Below, piece after piece: positions 1-9,367 of a stretch of DNA of 64,000 bases. Under the pieces are notes generated by a model. That model had not been told where the DNA came from. It saw nothing but the letters and a program-made list of their open reading frames with translations, and searched no databases. Origin of the DNA: a virus (lineage: Duplodnaviria; Caudoviricetes); IMG/VR virus record IMGVR_UViG_3300021255_001361, positions 776-64,775 of that record; one strand, given 5' to 3'. Each line of letters opens with the position of its first letter. Within the stretch, counting starts at the first letter, position 1. Made by a program: the position numbers and the translations under genes.

Positions 1-49
1 TTACATTTATTGATATATTCATATTGTTTTACCTCCATTTATTAAATTC

Positions 50-223
50 TTATATAGTTTCTAAAAAGCGGTTAATTGCTGCCGCGCCACTTACATCTGT
101 CAATATTTCAAAATGTGTCAGATTGCCGGCTCCACTTGTCTCATACTTAATCCCGGCACCGAGTAGAAAAACTTTTAACAATAAAGCGTTATTTACTTCT
201 AATTCTACATTATAATATTTCAT
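50..223 (-). CDS. Small hypothetical protein (57 aa, MKYYNVELEV...)
   Basis: Hand-translated ORF below the track cut-off; GGGGG RBS-like sequence upstream; lies downstream of the promoter at 595-623. Confidence 0.6.
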   Translation of the reverse strand: MKYYNVELEVNNALLLKVFLLGAGIKYETSGAGNLTHFEILTDVSGAAAINRFLETI

Positions 224-237
224 ATTTACACCCCCTT

Positions 238-480
238 TTATAACTCTACATCTGGCGCGTTGCGGTAGCTATTGCAATATATGGTTCTGTTTTCCGGGCT
301 ATAATATAACGTAAAATTCCAACCGTAAACACCAGTATTTACACCTAACTCCACCATATTGTATTTGCTGATCCCGTCCTCCTGATAACAACAATATCCT
401 TTTTTGTAAGTGTCAATTAATCCGAGCCTCTTATAATCCCATATAAAAGCCGCTGCCTCTTTTCTTGTGATCTTATTCAT
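238..480 (-). CDS. Hypothetical protein
   Basis: 80-aa ORF with AGGAGG RBS; first gene after the promoter at 595-623. Confidence 0.75.
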   Translation of the reverse strand: MNKITRKEAAAFIWDYKRLGLIDTYKKGYCCYQEDGISKYNMVELGVNTGVYGWNFTLYYSPENRTIYCNSYRNAPDVEL

Positions 481-594
481 AGTAAAACCTCCTTTTATTT
501 AACTAATAATGTTTAGTTGCCGCCGGCGTAGCTGATCCGCTACCGTTGCGGAATATCCACCGGGGGCGGGGCGTTATGTCCTCCGCTTAACTAT

Positions 595-623
595 ATATTA
601 CAGCACCCCCGGCAATATGTCAA
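595..623 (-). promoter_or_regulatory. sigmaA-type promoter TTGACA-17-TAATAT with AT-rich UP element
   Basis: Minus strand reads TTGACA tattgccgggggtgctg TAATAT. Confidence 0.7.
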
Positions 624-659
624 GAAATATTTATAAATATTTTTATATTTTTTTATATG

Positions 660-1485
660 GATAAAACACCCCGCTGCCACTGATCATATACAACCCCGGC
701 AGCGGTCCCGGCGGGGGTTTTGTTTGTATTCCTTCTTATTATAAAGAAAAACACGCGCACCCGCTGCCGGTTATTTGCTGCCGCTGATCATCAGCAACCG
801 CGCCGCAGGTTCTATAATAGGTGCACCCGCTGCCGAAGCTTTACAGACTGAACACGCCACCGGCACCGCAGGCTCATCCGGGTGATTATTTGCGCCGGGT
901 ATCTTCTTATTATAGAAAGATCAGCAACCCGGACCGGCAGCATATGCACCCCGGCACCCGTTGCGCGTGCTGTCGCTGATCATCTACGCCGGCAGCATAC
1001 CCGGACCGGCAGCGGGGACCGATCCAGGGGGAGCCGCTGCTGCTGATCTTTTCGCGCCGCTGATCTGGGGGTGCCGCGGTTATCAGTTTACATAATATGT
1101 TCACATAATACCAGCTACTACTGCTATTTTTAGGGGGTGCCCCTTCCGTGAATTTTTTGATCTGGGGAGGATTTTTTCGCGGTGATGATCAAAAACTACA
1201 TAGTTCATATGCAGAAAATTTTTTCATTTTGAAAAGCCGCTGCTGACCTGGCTGAACACTGGCAGCGGTCCCCCAGGATCATTAGGTTTACATAATACCA
1301 GGAATACTACTGCTGCTACCGTTCTGGACTGGGGGTATTTTTACAGGGGTGTTTTGCTATCGGGTGAACACTTTAAAAACTACATAGTTTGTATGTAGAA
1401 ATTCTGATCCAGGACCAGGTTTTTATCTATCCAGGCAGCGGCTATATGCTAATACAGATGAACTAAAAAACAGGCTATCTGATCC
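660..1485. repeat. GC-rich non-coding region with degenerate direct and inverted repeats (candidate pac/terminal region)
   Basis: CACCCGCTGCCG x2, CCGGACCGGCAGC x2, AAAAACTACATAGTT x2, GTTTACATAATA x2, TTCTTATTATA x2; no credible ORF; directly downstream of terS. Confidence 0.65.
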
Positions 1486-1608
1486 TTATTAGGTGACCAA
1501 ACAGCCTGTTTTCTGCTGAAATATGTCTGTTTTTGTGCATATTGACGAAAACAGTTGTATTTTCCATAGGGGTAAATTTTCATTTCTTCGTCAAATTGCA
1601 CAATAAAA

Positions 1609-2094
1609 TTACTGATTTTCCCGGCTCCAGTTAATAGAAATCTGTATATTTGGGTTAGTTTCCTTGCCATTTAGCTTGTTTTCCAGGTCTATTGTCCTCT
1701 TCGCTAACTCGACCGCTGCCCTTGTCCTTTCTGATAATGGAGCATCTAATCCGAACTGATCTTTGATGTTCCCTCTCATCACTTCTGACAGGAAAAACAT
1801 GACCTCTCCAGCCCTCGCAGAATCGCGCAAACGCTGGATTTCCAGGCGTTTTTTGAGTTCCTGCTGTACGGCGGGAAGGGCGTTTACGTCTTTTGCTCTC
1901 CCCCTCAAAAATGCATCTTCTGCTTGTTTTCTTTTCTTTTCATTTGGTATATTTTCTATACTTTCTGGAAATTGGTATTTAAAACCTGCTTCTTTATATG
2001 CTTGTGTTAGGTTATTTGTATTCATAAATATATCTATGAATTTACTTTGTTTTTTGGTTATTGTTTTATCAATTATTTCTGTATTTTCTTTCAT
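1609..2094 (-). CDS. terS: Terminase small subunit
   Basis: N-terminal KQxKFIDxFMxTxNLTQAYKEAG HTH and FLSEVMRG...RTRAAVELAKR, typical of phage TerS; GGAGG RBS. Confidence 0.8.
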   Translation of the reverse strand: MKENTEIIDKTITKKQSKFIDIFMNTNNLTQAYKEAGFKYQFPESIENIPNEKKRKQAEDAFLRGRAKDVNALPAVQQELKKRLEIQRLRDSARAGEVMFFLSEVMRGNIKDQFGLDAPLSERTRAAVELAKRTIDLENKLNGKETNPNIQISINWSRENQ

Positions 2095-2301
2095 CTTTTC
2101 CCGCCTCCGTTTTCATGGTTTTTAGTGTTCATCTTCTCTCTATCCCGCCCAGGTTTTTGGGTTGGATTTGACTGGTCTGGTCATATATTTATTATACTAT
2201 TATATATCACAATGGTTAAAAAAATGCAAGTTTATGATGTTAGACACAAAAAATAGGGCTAATAAGTGTTTTTCCTTATCCGCCCTATGTTTTGCGTGGT
2301 T

Positions 2302-2544
2302 TTAATGTTTACTATTTACTATTCTTATATTTCTTTTCATTTCATCCGGGTAAAATAACATTAATAACTGTATTATATCTACCTGTAATACATCCGCCCA
2401 TTTAAACAATTTATCTATTTCCGGTCTCTGTTTTCCGCTTAATACTTTTGTTACATTAGATGGGCTGTCATTCACTGCTATAGAAAACTGGCTGATATTT
2501 TTAAATCCTCTGGAAAGTATAAAATCTATTCTCTTTTCTTTCAT
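2302..2544 (-). CDS. XRE/Cro-family HTH transcriptional regulator
   Basis: ISQFSIAVNDSPSNVTKVLSGKQRPEIDKLFKWADVL HTH pattern; start moved to the ATG after AAGGAGG. Confidence 0.75.
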   Translation of the reverse strand: MKEKRIDFILSRGFKNISQFSIAVNDSPSNVTKVLSGKQRPEIDKLFKWADVLQVDIIQLLMLFYPDEMKRNIRIVNSKH

Positions 2545-2561
2545 ATAATCCCACCTCCTTT

Positions 2562-2795
2562 TTATACTCTCATACACTCATCAAGGCAAATTCTGGCTTT
2601 ACCAAATATAAAATAATTCTGACCAGATGGTGCTGTATATATCTTTGCTCTATGAACTGTTTTTCCAAATGCTGCAAATATAATATGATCATCTATACCA
2701 TATTCTATCTTTTTTATCTCCAGCCCTGTAAGCCCGAAACTATAAACTGCTATAGCTGGCATTTCTAAATACTCTTGTTTTTCTGATCTTGTCAT
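2562..2795 (-). CDS. Hypothetical protein
   Basis: 77-aa ORF with GGAGG RBS. Confidence 0.7.
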   Translation of the reverse strand: MTRSEKQEYLEMPAIAVYSFGLTGLEIKKIEYGIDDHIIFAAFGKTVHRAKIYTAPSGQNYFIFGKARICLDECMRV

Positions 2796-2798
2796 ACC

Positions 2799-2975
2799 TT
2801 AACCCTCCTTTACTTTATCATATAAACTTCTTATTGCGTGTTGTATGTTGGATTTATACTCATACAGTTTGGTGTATTCAGTACGGTTTGTATTTTCATC
2901 GTTGATTGTAAGTATTATATCCTCGTATTCTTTTAACAGGTTATTAACCTCATTTATATATTCTGATCTTGTCAT
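2799..2975 (-). CDS. Hypothetical protein
   Basis: ORF; start placed at MTRSEY after GGGGTG. Confidence 0.65.
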   Translation of the reverse strand: MTRSEYINEVNNLLKEYEDIILTINDENTNRTEYTKLYEYKSNIQHAIRSLYDKVKEG

Positions 2976-2979
2976 TTTA

Positions 2980-3204
2980 TCACCCCACATTCACTTCTAT
3001 ATTTAATTCGCGCCCTGGCATTACTACCTTAACTCTGGTCCTGTAATCTGGATCATATGCACCAATTTCTTTATCAGCAAGGTTTGCCATCTGTAAATCT
3101 TGTGAAAGTGCTACTGCTTCTATAGCGTGATCAAAAGTTGCTACTTTACGCCATCTGTGGTTAGTTTCGTGTCCTATCTCATAAACTACATAGTTAATAT
3201 CCAT
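2980..3204 (-). CDS. Hypothetical protein
   Basis: ORF; start placed at MDINYV after AGGAGG. Confidence 0.65.
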   Translation of the reverse strand: MDINYVVYEIGHETNHRWRKVATFDHAIEAVALSQDLQMANLADKEIGAYDPDYRTRVKVVMPGRELNIEVNVG

Positions 3205-3208
3205 AAAA

Positions 3209-3607
3209 TTACACCTCCTTACATTTACGCAAATAATCCTCATATACCACACTACCCAAGAATTTCGCCCACGGTTGTGCCATAGGAGCAAGTTCTCTAA
3301 CCTTTTCTGCACAACGGGTTAAATCCATTTCAACTTCCGGTTCTGGATTTGAAATAGCAGCTAACCAATCCCCGTTAAACCTGTTCATATCGGTGAGACT
3401 TTTCTGCATAATTCTATATGATTCATAAGCATTTTTCCAATTAATGTACGCTATTTCATCAACAGATTTTTCTTTGTACCCACAAGCACTACAAATACCA
3501 TCCACGTCTGCATCTGAAAGATGATCAACCCCACCCTTCATCTTTACACGACGAATAACTGAACGATTACCCTTATTTATTTCTACTCTGATCCAATCTC
3601 TTTTCAT
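3209..3607 (-). CDS. Hypothetical protein
   Basis: 132-aa ORF with AGGAGG RBS, first gene after the promoter at 3643-3671. Confidence 0.7.
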   Translation of the reverse strand: MKRDWIRVEINKGNRSVIRRVKMKGGVDHLSDADVDGICSACGYKEKSVDEIAYINWKNAYESYRIMQKSLTDMNRFNGDWLAAISNPEPEVEMDLTRCAEKVRELAPMAQPWAKFLGSVVYEDYLRKCKEV

Positions 3608-3642
3608 GTTAAATTCCTCCTTGTTTATTTGTTGGTATCTTT

Positions 3643-3671
3643 ACAATACCATGATCATCAGATATTGTCAA
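3643..3671 (-). promoter_or_regulatory. sigmaA-type promoter TTGACA-17-TATTGT
   Basis: Consensus -35 and 17-bp spacing; AT-rich UP element upstream. Confidence 0.65.
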
Positions 3672-3722
3672 CAACATTTTGTTAAATTTTATAAAAATGT
3701 TTTTAAATATTTTTATAAATAT

Positions 3723-3756
3723 AAAAAAGAAGCACCTGTTGGAGCAGATGCTTCTT
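3723..3756 (-). terminator. Intrinsic terminator
   Basis: AGAAGCA...TGCTTCT stem followed by a T run on the minus strand. Confidence 0.65.
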
Positions 3757-3817
3757 CTGAAAGAAAGGATAGAAAATGTTATGTGTAAAGAACTATAAAG
3801 GAGTGTTCTATACTATC

Positions 3818-4117
3818 TTAATCTGGTCTTAACATATTCCACATTTTATTATCTTTTGGTAATTCTTGTCCATTCAGTTTGAACCAATAATCACGCAAGA
3901 ATAATACTATCTGTATCTGGGAATATGCGCTGAATAACTCTACATTATGTGTTCTCTTTGGATTATCTTCATCTGGTATAGCTTTCTTTATAGTGTACTT
4001 TGTTATAGGACATTGTTTCTGTTCACTATAAAATTGAGAAGTATTATAGGTTATTCTTTCACCTTTTGAATTTATTGCCATTTGAAGTTTATGTATCATA
4101 GTGGAATTACTATTCAC
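3818..4117 (-). CDS. Hypothetical protein
   Basis: 99-aa ORF, GTG start after AGGAGG. Confidence 0.7.
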   Translation of the reverse strand: MNSNSTMIHKLQMAINSKGERITYNTSQFYSEQKQCPITKYTIKKAIPDEDNPKRTHNVELFSAYSQIQIVLFLRDYWFKLNGQELPKDNKMWNMLRPD

Positions 4118-4147
4118 AACTATCTCCTCCTACGTCTTGCACCGGCT

Positions 4148-4441
4148 CTACTTCTCGTTGCTCTCCGTGTTCGTCTGTATGTCACTTTCTGATATGCTCT
4201 CGCCATCTTCATCAACTCCTATCTGTTGCTTAACACTACCACTACTGTCAATATCATCCATGCTCTGCTCATAGCTTGTAACTGTTTCGTCAACTGGTAA
4301 CGTGATATACCACAGAAAACCTACGATTGTAGCTATCTCCAACCCTACCATTACACAAAATGCAATAAACCAACGCTTTGCACTTTGCTTTATCATATGT
4401 AACAATTCGGTTGCAAATGGTGTATTATCAAACTCATTCAT
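4148..4441 (-). CDS. Single-pass membrane protein
   Basis: Hydrophobic segment WFIAFCVMVGLEIATIVGFLWYI followed by an acidic tail. Confidence 0.7.
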   Translation of the reverse strand: MNEFDNTPFATELLHMIKQSAKRWFIAFCVMVGLEIATIVGFLWYITLPVDETVTSYEQSMDDIDSSGSVKQQIGVDEDGESISESDIQTNTESNEK

Positions 4442-5166
4442 AACAATACCCCCTTTAATACATTTGACTGTTCAGTTTTACCATTAAACACGTTTGACAG
4501 CATCGCTGTAGATACATTATAAATTTTAGATAGTTCTGTCAATGTTGTACCCCGCTTATATTGTTTATAAGCTGATACTACTTGTTCATCTGACAACTTA
4601 CGGTGCTTCTTACCCATTATGAAAACTCCTTGACGTTGAATATCTGAATAGTCAATTTTGAAATCATTAAGTTCATCATATTTATATTTATTATGTTGAG
4701 TTAATAACCTACTAATTGTCTGTCCTGCTGCTCCATAAATACTACCTAACTCATTCATTGAATATCCACTTTGCATCAATTTATAACAATCTAATATTTG
4801 TTGCTTTGTTAAAACAGACCTTGATAATGCCTGTTTTTTATGTGCATTACCATAATTCAGATTATATTCATTAGTACACCATTCAAGATTATCAACACAA
4901 TTATTTGATGGATTCTCATCTTTATGATTTACAAATGGTAAATTGTTAGGGTTTGGTATAAATGCTTCTGCTACAAGTCTGTGTACTTTATAAGACTTGG
5001 CTATTCCATTTTTGTTTAAAACTACGTCAACATATTTCTTCTTACGATTAGTTGGAGTGCTTAAAAATCTATTATATCTACAATTATACACTCTACCCAA
5101 ATTACTTACCTGATAAATACCTTCGTAGTTTTTAATATCTTTCCAAACTTCCTGCTCATTATCCAT
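4438..5166 (-). CDS. NUMOD4-HNH homing endonuclease with C-terminal HTH repeats
   Basis: EVWKDIKNYEGIYQVSNLGRV (NUMOD4); VHRLVAEAF...VNHKDENPSNNCVDNLEW (HNH). Confidence 0.9.
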   Translation of the reverse strand: MDNEQEVWKDIKNYEGIYQVSNLGRVYNCRYNRFLSTPTNRKKKYVDVVLNKNGIAKSYKVHRLVAEAFIPNPNNLPFVNHKDENPSNNCVDNLEWCTNEYNLNYGNAHKKQALSRSVLTKQQILDCYKLMQSGYSMNELGSIYGAAGQTISRLLTQHNKYKYDELNDFKIDYSDIQRQGVFIMGKKHRKLSDEQVVSAYKQYKRGTTLTELSKIYNVSTAMLSNVFNGKTEQSNVLKGVLL

Positions 5167-5196
5167 ATAGTTATCTCCTTTCTTTAGTATAGCATA

Positions 5197-5382
5197 TCAT
5201 TTATCTAAAGTAAATAATACACTTGTTTCTTTATGATCCTGTACTTTTTCCCAACAGGTTCTTCCATATCCTCTGATCATATATTCCGGGTTCTTCAATT
5301 TTCTTCCACACCGTAAACATCGTGGATAACTTTTTCCAGTTGCTTCTTCTTTCTTGTTAAGTTCCTGTCGCTTCTTTCCCAT
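5197..5382 (-). CDS. Small zinc-ribbon protein (DUF6011-like)
   Basis: CLRCGRKLKNPEYMIRGYGRTC pattern; overlaps the next ORF. Confidence 0.6.
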   Translation of the reverse strand: MGKKRQELNKKEEATGKSYPRCLRCGRKLKNPEYMIRGYGRTCWEKVQDHKETSVLFTLDK

Positions 5383-5546
5383 TTTCGGTAAAACTCCTTA
5401 TCTGTCGCTGATCTGATCCTCTCTTCTGAAAAATACCACTCACCACATCTTTTGCAAATCATTTTTCGATATACTTCTGGTTTATCTCGGTAATTAGGTC
5501 TGGTATCTATTACAGTTAGTCTATTTTTGCAATTTGGGCATATCAA
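5295..5546 (-). CDS. NrdR-N-like zinc-ribbon protein
   Basis: MICPNC...VIDTR...RKMICKRCGEWYFSEE resembles the NrdR zinc ribbon. Confidence 0.6.
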   Translation of the reverse strand: MICPNCKNRLTVIDTRPNYRDKPEVYRKMICKRCGEWYFSEERIRSATDKEFYRKWERSDRNLTRKKKQLEKVIHDVYGVEEN

Positions 5547-5562
5547 TCTGGATCAACCCCTT

Positions 5563-6504
5563 TCATAAGATATTAGATATTACATAATCTATTGCTACAT
5601 CCTCTTCAATCTCTCCGGTCTTTATTCTACGCTCTACCGATTGTATCAGTTTCATTATGTATATCAGATTGTTTGTGCTGAATTTTCCACAACATTCTTT
5701 TGCATTTCTTATCTGCCAGTATGTAAGTCCTGTTGTCTTTTCTATGTCTTTGCTTTCGCAAGTCTGTACCTGTAACAACTGTTTAGTGCTGTTGAATAAT
5801 ACAGACAGAATAGCAAGGTTAGATTCTCCTACTGCATTACATTCCTCTAACAGACTATAAGCTAACTCTACCCTATTCTGCAATACTGCTTTTACAAAAT
5901 CAAATATTGCATCTTTAGGCGGTTGATAGATAGTTCCGTCATTCATCAACATTTCAAACCCGTTGTTGTAGATATTTCTGATTAATGTAGGGTTGCTGTC
6001 GGAATATCTTTTTATCTTATCTATTTCCAATAAACATCTGCTGTAACTTCCTTCACACGCTTCTATCAGTCTATCACAGTTCTTGTCAGATAAGTCTATT
6101 TCTTTCTGTATGTATCGCTTCACTAAATCGCTTTTAAGCACATTAAACTCGATTATGCTATCTTTATACGTCTTATATAGTTTAGTGCGCTTATCAACGC
6201 TTGTAAGCGTTAAAATGAGTATGTCTGTATTCAGTCTACTTATCAATTCTTTTTGTAATGTTTCGTTACTGATAAGTTCCTTATCATCTAATACCACATA
6301 ACAATAATTGACTTTCAGAAAAGACTGACTTCCTAATTCTGTTAGTATCTCTGTTACGCTGTCTATATACCTAACTGTCAGATTTCTTGCTTTAGCTATG
6401 TGCTGTATATATATCTTCTGGATTGCATATTCTTCACCAGCAAATATCATAAAGTTAGGTATATCATTCTCCTTTATCCGCTGTTTCAGTTCTTGTATTT
6501 CCAC
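5563..6504 (-). CDS. holA: DNA polymerase III delta subunit-like clamp loader subunit
   Basis: MIFAGEEY, DKRTKLYK, SRCLLEIDKI, IFDFVKAVL HolA-like segments; GTG start after GGAGG. Confidence 0.8.
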   Translation of the reverse strand: MEIQELKQRIKENDIPNFMIFAGEEYAIQKIYIQHIAKARNLTVRYIDSVTEILTELGSQSFLKVNYCYVVLDDKELISNETLQKELISRLNTDILILTLTSVDKRTKLYKTYKDSIIEFNVLKSDLVKRYIQKEIDLSDKNCDRLIEACEGSYSRCLLEIDKIKRYSDSNPTLIRNIYNNGFEMLMNDGTIYQPPKDAIFDFVKAVLQNRVELAYSLLEECNAVGESNLAILSVLFNSTKQLLQVQTCESKDIEKTTGLTYWQIRNAKECCGKFSTNNLIYIMKLIQSVERRIKTGEIEEDVAIDYVISNIL

Positions 6505-6640
6505 ACCAATCCTCCACGCTTCTCTTATCATATAAATTACAATTTTCTGCAACATCTGTGTACGCATCTGGACAAGGCTTTAATCCTTCTCTAAATGCTT
6601 TCCAACTGTATTCACAATTACTACAACCTACTTTCTGCAT
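6464..6640 (-). CDS. Small Cys-rich hypothetical protein
   Basis: CSNCEY...CPDA...CNLY; TAATG-coupled to the upstream gene. Confidence 0.55.
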   Translation of the reverse strand: MQKVGCSNCEYSWKAFREGLKPCPDAYTDVAENCNLYDKRSVEDWCGNTRTETADKGE

Positions 6641-7458
6641 TACGACCACACCTTTCTGATATTCAGAATCCACACATCAAGCAACATACTCTTGTTTATT
6701 CCTGTTACTGAATTGAGCATAGATAATGTATTAGATGTTACCTTGACTGCTTCTATCCAATAATTACGTTCTTCTTTATCTTCTATCTCCTGTATATGTT
6801 TATTGCATACACGCTGAATAGCTGTAAGGAACATCTTTAAATCATATCCCTCGGCATCTGGTTTAAGTGCTATCTTGCTTGTCAGTTTGAATACATTGGA
6901 TATACTTACATATGCTATGTTATCTATTACTTTTTCCACATATTTGTAAAACTCATCTGCACCCATACTGAATAGCAAATCCACATCACCAGGCGTTCTG
7001 CATAACTCCCATACTATATTACTATCAAAGTCTGTCTGTTTGGATAGTGCATACTCTAATATCTCATCTTTTGAATATGCATCCATAGTCTGTATATATG
7101 CTCTACTCAATACAGTATTAAGAACATTCTGCCTGTTGCATACTGTCATTATGATATATACATTTCTTGGATATTCTTCCATGACTTTCAGTAATACATT
7201 CTTTGATGCAACCGACATATCATCTATGTCAGTCATTATAAAGATAGTTGGTGTTGATACCTTGTACATACAATGTATAGCTGTTCTGATAGTCTCTACC
7301 TTATTATCTGGACAGTAATAAGAATACCAACCTGTCTTATGTATAATCTCTTTAACAAGTGTTTTCTTTCCACTTCCTTTATCGCCAAGAATAAGCATAA
7401 AGTGTGGAAGTTCTTTCATGTTGTCTATATTTGCCAATACATTTTTCTGACCTATCAT
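6640..7458 (-). CDS. holB: DNA polymerase III delta-prime-like clamp loader subunit
   Basis: MIGQK...LPHFMLILGDKGSGKKT; ASKNVLLKVMEEYP; NTVLSR. Confidence 0.85.
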   Translation of the reverse strand: MIGQKNVLANIDNMKELPHFMLILGDKGSGKKTLVKEIIHKTGWYSYYCPDNKVETIRTAIHCMYKVSTPTIFIMTDIDDMSVASKNVLLKVMEEYPRNVYIIMTVCNRQNVLNTVLSRAYIQTMDAYSKDEILEYALSKQTDFDSNIVWELCRTPGDVDLLFSMGADEFYKYVEKVIDNIAYVSISNVFKLTSKIALKPDAEGYDLKMFLTAIQRVCNKHIQEIEDKEERNYWIEAVKVTSNTLSMLNSVTGINKSMLLDVWILNIRKVWS

Positions 7459-7459
7459 T

Positions 7460-7690
7460 TTACCAACCCCTTAATTCGTGATAATATTTTTCAAGTTCTT
7501 CAAACTCCTCTTGTGAAAGTCCAAACACTTCAAAATAACTATAATATCGGCATATGTCTATACGAAGTTCATCATCTTCATATAACATTTCCATTGGGTC
7601 ACCAGTCCAGCTACGACAATCAAATATTCCACAATCTGCATATTCCCAATTTCTCTCTATTATCGCTTTAGCCCGTTCTAAATTACTCAT
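7460..7690 (-). CDS. Hypothetical protein
   Basis: 76-aa ORF, coupled to dnaX. Confidence 0.7.
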   Translation of the reverse strand: MSNLERAKAIIERNWEYADCGIFDCRSWTGDPMEMLYEDDELRIDICRYYSYFEVFGLSQEEFEELEKYYHELRGW

Positions 7691-8724
7691 TTTAATCCCT
7701 CCAATAACATCGCTTCTATCAAATACTTAGGGTTGCTATCATACTTAACTGCCGAATTGATTTTTATAACTATATCTAACAAGTCACATATCATATCCCA
7801 TATCTTACTCCAATTATCAGTATCGTCTAAATCATTGATAAACTCTTTGATTGTATCAATCTCTGGTATCTGTAGATACTTGAAGTCACCGAGTATAAAC
7901 CATTTCTTAATATCAAGTACAAAATTAAGATACTGACGGATAAACTGCTTCATATCAATTCCTGTACTGTGTATAGTCTCTATAGATGTTATCAGCTTAT
8001 CTGGTTCGTTGTAGATGTAAGCACTTGTTACCTCTATCATACTATCATAGTTTGCTACTCCAAGTGCTTTAACTATGTTTCCGACAGTTAATTTTTTGCT
8101 ATATGATAGACACTTGTCAAGTAATGTTATCGCATCACGAAGCCCTCCTTCACTCAATTTGGATATATATTCAAGTGCATCAAGTCTTACAAGACCATCT
8201 TCTCCTGTAATTTCTCTATCACAAATATATCTCAATCTATCCACAATACCTTGCTGACTTATACGCCTAAAATCATAACGCTGTACTCTTGACAGAATTG
8301 TTTTAGGTATCTTCTGTGGGTCTGTAGTGCAGAATATAAAGATAGACTTTGCTGGTGGTTCTTCTATCAATTTCAGAAATGCCTGCCAACCTGTATTACT
8401 TATTGCGTGACACTCGTCTATAATGAATACCTTGTATTCACTGTCAAGACTTCTTGTCTTTGCCTGCTGAATAATATTTCTTACATCATCAACACTTGAA
8501 TTGCTTGCGGCATCGAGTTCTATCGGATTACCCTCACCACCGTTTATATCATTTGCAAAGATTCTGGCACAAGTTGTTTTACCTGTGCCAGCACCCCCAC
8601 AGAATAAGTAAGCGTGTTTCACTTCTCCAGACTGTAACTGTTGCTGTAAGATTACTTTAATGCTATTCTGTTCTGTTACATCCTCAAATGTTTTTGGTCT
8701 ATACTTAACTGCTAATGTCTGCAT
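7687..8724 (-). CDS. dnaX: DNA polymerase III gamma/tau-like clamp loader ATPase
   Basis: LAVKYRPKTFEDV, GGAGTGKTT, ELDAAS, IIDECH, LKLIEEPP, TILSRVQ, LRDAITLLD. Confidence 0.95.
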   Translation of the reverse strand: MQTLAVKYRPKTFEDVTEQNSIKVILQQQLQSGEVKHAYLFCGGAGTGKTTCARIFANDINGGEGNPIELDAASNSSVDDVRNIIQQAKTRSLDSEYKVFIIDECHAISNTGWQAFLKLIEEPPAKSIFIFCTTDPQKIPKTILSRVQRYDFRRISQQGIVDRLRYICDREITGEDGLVRLDALEYISKLSEGGLRDAITLLDKCLSYSKKLTVGNIVKALGVANYDSMIEVTSAYIYNEPDKLITSIETIHSTGIDMKQFIRQYLNFVLDIKKWFILGDFKYLQIPEIDTIKEFINDLDDTDNWSKIWDMICDLLDIVIKINSAVKYDSNPKYLIEAMLLEGLK

Positions 8725-8725
8725 A

Positions 8726-8950
8726 TTAATCCTCCTCGATCAACTCGTACTCTGCATACTTACAGGTCCCACCATATCTGTTTTTGCCTACTCTATCATG
8801 TGTTATGATATTATACCCGTCCTTTCTCAATTTGAAGATAATATCAGAAAGTCTTGTGGCACCAAATAGTCTAATGGCTAATGTACTTGTGATCTTATGT
8901 CCGGACTGCATATATGCAAGGACTTCACTCTTCTGTGTCGGTCTCTTCAT
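8726..8950 (-). CDS. Small winged-HTH DNA-binding protein
   Basis: TQKSEVLAYMQSGHKIT...FGATRLSDIIFKLRKDGYNI. Confidence 0.65.
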   Translation of the reverse strand: MKRPTQKSEVLAYMQSGHKITSTLAIRLFGATRLSDIIFKLRKDGYNIITHDRVGKNRYGGTCKYAEYELIEED

Positions 8951-9197
8951 CTTCTATTCCCTCCTTATCCCATACTACGCAACTGATTATATCATCTTCA
9001 TAATCACCATCTGGTAACTTCTTGTCTGAATTAACTGTAACGCTGATGTAGCCATTATGCTTAAACATAGCTAAACTTATATAGTCTGCTTCTGGGCAAC
9101 TATCACATATTAACTGCCTTAACTCTTTAGCCTTAACAAAAATCTGCTTCTCAAGGTCTGTAAACTTCTTATAATCATACTTTGGTATCTTCCTCAT
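8925..9197 (-). CDS. Hypothetical protein
   Basis: Start placed at MRKIPK after GAGGAGG. Confidence 0.65.
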   Translation of the reverse strand: MRKIPKYDYKKFTDLEKQIFVKAKELRQLICDSCPEADYISLAMFKHNGYISVTVNSDKKLPDGDYEDDIISCVVWDKEGIEDEETDTEE

Positions 9198-9367
9198 TTT
9201 TCTTCCTCCTCTTCTAACTTCGCTGATTCCTCTTTGTATATATAGTAATGATATAATACACAATCAGCGTTTGCACATCTAATAACTTCTGTTCCATATG
9301 ATGTATGCTGTTCATAATATGGACAATTAGGACAGTTTGGGCACTTTGACCCTTTTACATCTATCAT
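9194..9367 (-). CDS. Small Cys-rich hypothetical protein (57 aa)
   Basis: Hand-translated MIDVKGSKCPNCPNCPYY...; overlaps both neighbours by ATGA. Confidence 0.55.
   Translation of the reverse strand: MIDVKGSKCPNCPNCPYYEQHTSYGTEVIRCANADCVLYHYYIYKEESAKLEEEEEK

Noticed and set aside
910-1670. ORFs 910-1104 and 1449-1670
   Set aside because: Low-complexity products lacking RBS within the repeat region or overlapping terS; treated as non-coding.
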